A DNA stretch of 64,000 nucleotides, from positions 11,594,001 through 11,658,000 of the forward strand of contig CM126226.1 in assembly GCA_052327205.1 (NCBI GenBank), written 5' to 3'. This DNA comes from Somniosus microcephalus (Eukaryota). Numbering within the stretch: the first letter of the stretch is position 1; the number at the start of each line of letters is the position of its first letter. Of the stretch, positions 61,296 to 64,000 are shown in pieces. Below the pieces are notes generated by a model. It had not been told where the DNA came from. It saw only the letters and a program-made list of their open reading frames with translations, and did not search any database. Both the position numbers and the translations under genes were made by a program.

Positions 61296-64000
61296 TAAAC
61301 AAGAGCAAAGCAACCTGCTGTTTTTCCTTGCCTTAATTTAGAAGACTCACAGTAAACTGTATGAGAGGTGTGAACGATTGTAGTAGATGAGTGTACAGAT
61401 CTAACGCTTAATAAACCGCAACTAAAGGGTAATTTCATTCTGAGCAAAAGTTTTAAAATGGATAGAATTTGAGTATTTGTAATATAGTGCAGGCTTTGAT
61501 TGTTTTGTGAATTGTTAGAAACATAACTAGACAAAGGTGAGAGAATGTAAATCACTGCTGTCCGATAATGCATTGGCTCTTAGTTACTTGTTAAAGTTGG
61601 GACGGGTTTTTGTCTTTGTGCAAGATGCCTGGGAACAAAAGACACCAACGTGGAGGGATTGGTGTCATTATTTTAGACAATGCACTCCAGCCATACTTTG
61701 GCCACTTTTGGAGCTGGTGGGGCAGTTCCTAACCTGGACTCCACTACCCGGCTGAGTAACAAGTGCTGGCAGGCAACCTGAAGGAGAAATTATGGAATTG
61801 GCTGAGAAAGTGAAAAGATTTTGGAATGAAAAATTGTGGGATGTGTGTATGTATTTTAACAAAATATGGTTCTGGAGTTTGTATACTGATTTGTTTACCT
61901 GGTGTATTGTGGTGTTTTCCAAATGCTGATTTGCTTGCTATCGGCTATGCCCCAAACAGAATTGCTGCAGAGGCCATGTGTACGGTTTGCTTATTGAATT
62001 CATGACACAATTGTTTGGTGTGAAAGGGAGTTGTGTGTCAAGTTTGGGAGATTAACCAGCGTTTGTGCTTCAGCTGCTTTGCGATGGAAATTGTTGGAAT
62101 ATTGGTTTACTTTTCACGGATTTCAGAAAAAGTATCCTTTTTGTGTTCTGTGCATTCTGGATTGGAGAACTGTCAAAACCGGAAGATACACTTGGATCAA
62201 AATAGCCACTGGGAGCAGCAACATGTATTTTGGTCAAATGCTCCAGGGACATGTTACATGCAAGATCATGCCGGAAAAGAAAGACCTAATAGAGTGACTT
62301 GATCATTTTCTGTTGCATTCTCTTCATTCCAGATGCAATAAAATGTAGTTAGGGAAAATTATTTCTTTCTCCTGTAGTAGGAGCAGGTGTGACTTTCCAC
62401 ATAAATTCAATCCCTGCTGCACAATTATGTTGGTCTTTTTCAGAAAAGGAGATCATTGTATGGCGTACATCATCTGCTATCTACTTTTATGCCTTTAATA
62501 ATTAAAAAGACGACTCTGGAAATGTAAAAATGCAGTTTTGTTTCCTGTAGAGAGAGAAATGTAAGGATGCTCTGTAACAGATGTGGCTTGGCTTTGTCTA
62601 ATATTGTGATATTGTAAAAATGTTAATAAGACATTGAATAATTAGAAATGCTTTGCATCCTAGAGTGTTGCATCATTTTAGAAGTGTTCAGAACTTTGCA
62701 AATTGCATCGAGTGATGGAGGAGATTGTGTAAAACAAGTTGGTGCAACGTGTCCTTGTGTGTTCGTGTTTATGGTAGGGAAGAGTTAAAATGAAAAGGAA
62801 ATGTTAGTCTGGATTCCAGCTTTCTGTTTCAGTAGTGTGGAATCTGGATAAACACAAGTTGTTGAATGTTATGCAAGGATTCAGATTTCATGTATTACGA
62901 TCTGGAGCGGAGCGTTGCAGTTCTGTTTAGAATGAGGTATGTTTTGATTTTATTTTGACGACGATAGATAGGAGGAAAAAATAGATAAATTTACAATCAA
63001 AATTCAGATTTGATATTTTTGGGGAATTCTTGAAACAAAACTCAAACTGTGTACGTTTGTAAAGTTTTTCAGTGAATGGGCTGAATGTGAGCGGCAGCCT
63101 ATAGAACCACTGGCATTGGCACAAAACTTGCCTCCTTCGACCTGCACAGTGCACTGCTCCTATTTTCTTTCTAATTTTCTCATCAAATCTCAGTCATCCG
63201 TGGATGCGATTCCATGGGTGCTGGCATTCCTTTGCCCCAGTAGCTTGTCAACAGGTTATTCAACCATGAAAGCCGTCATGACTGAGCCCAGTGCTGTCCT
63301 GGGGCACCTCCAACAGAGGTCACTGGATAGTAATCAGAACAAACAACTGTGGCTTTCTTGCTAAGTAACTTTCGTTCCTTTTCTGGCCTTGGGATACTGA
63401 GCTCAATTACAGCTGAAAATGAGTCGTTGTCCACACTGTCAGGCCAGCAGCAGGTTTCAAGTTGTTTTTGTGTGACATGATGTCTTGCCATCTCTGAAGC
63501 TACTGGCTCTTGTGCTATACTCTGCTGTAGTGTTGGGGGGGGGGTCTTTTCACATATCTGCTTGATGAAGTAAAAATTCATAGTATATAAGTAATTTCAA
63601 ACTGTTTGTGGTGACTTGTATGTAATTTTATTTTAACAATGTTTTCTGTGACCAAATTCAGTTTGCAGACAGTTCCAAGTCCTGTCTTTCATGCTGTATA
63701 AAGAAGAATGGTTTCTACATCTTAGATGCAGTAGGATTTTTGATTGGGTGCAAATTTTCAAATTTTGTTTTGCATGCAGATCAAATGTCAAAATTGTGCT
63801 GTATTTTACAGATAGCAAAATATATGGAATGACACTAGATTTCATAAACTTTGCTTTTTATTGAGCATGTATTCATTTCCTGAGTGCAACAGCAGTGTTT
63901 CCTGTAATGACTTGGCGCTATATATTCAAGTCTGGTCTGGATAATAGGTATCTGCAAATCCGATGAAACAGCGTGATATTACAAAATGATGTTACAGGGT

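Noticed and set aside
62378-62386. Possible 9-nt phase 1-1 microexon (TAGGAGCAG|gtgtga)
   Set aside because: Too short to distinguish from chance and no recognisable similarity to the expected next eIF4G3 exon.

Overview
Eukaryotic, vertebrate genomic DNA; the repeat content (CR1, L2 and RTE LINEs, Deu-domain and other tRNA-SINEs, Penelope-type fold-backs) points to a cartilaginous fish, probably a shark (inference). The whole window lies inside one + strand gene, EIF4G3 (eIF4GII). Nine phase-compatible exons were read by hand (4649-57845). They encode the N-terminal low-complexity region, the 21-nt neural microexon GGFRPIQ, the PABP-binding motif KREKKT|[20 protein letters not shown] and a large acidic exon; the gene start and the eIF4E-binding/MIF4G exons are not seen in the window. 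The most interesting signals are: a candidate second 21-nt in-frame microexon (TFRPSQQ, 16148-16168) that resembles the known one; two candidate alternative first coding exons (MKQQSRQ at 35121, MVLTDSLK at 45811) that would drop the prion-like region, or that region plus the PABP site; a Penelope-type fold-back carrying minimal hammerhead ribozyme cores; a 29-bp minisatellite expanded inside a TA-flanked MITE; and a multi-level nest of transposons splitting the PABP motif. Nearly all ORFs in the supplied track are repeat-derived or spurious. Repeat-family names and orthologue comparisons come from memory, not from database searches, and repeat boundaries are approximate.
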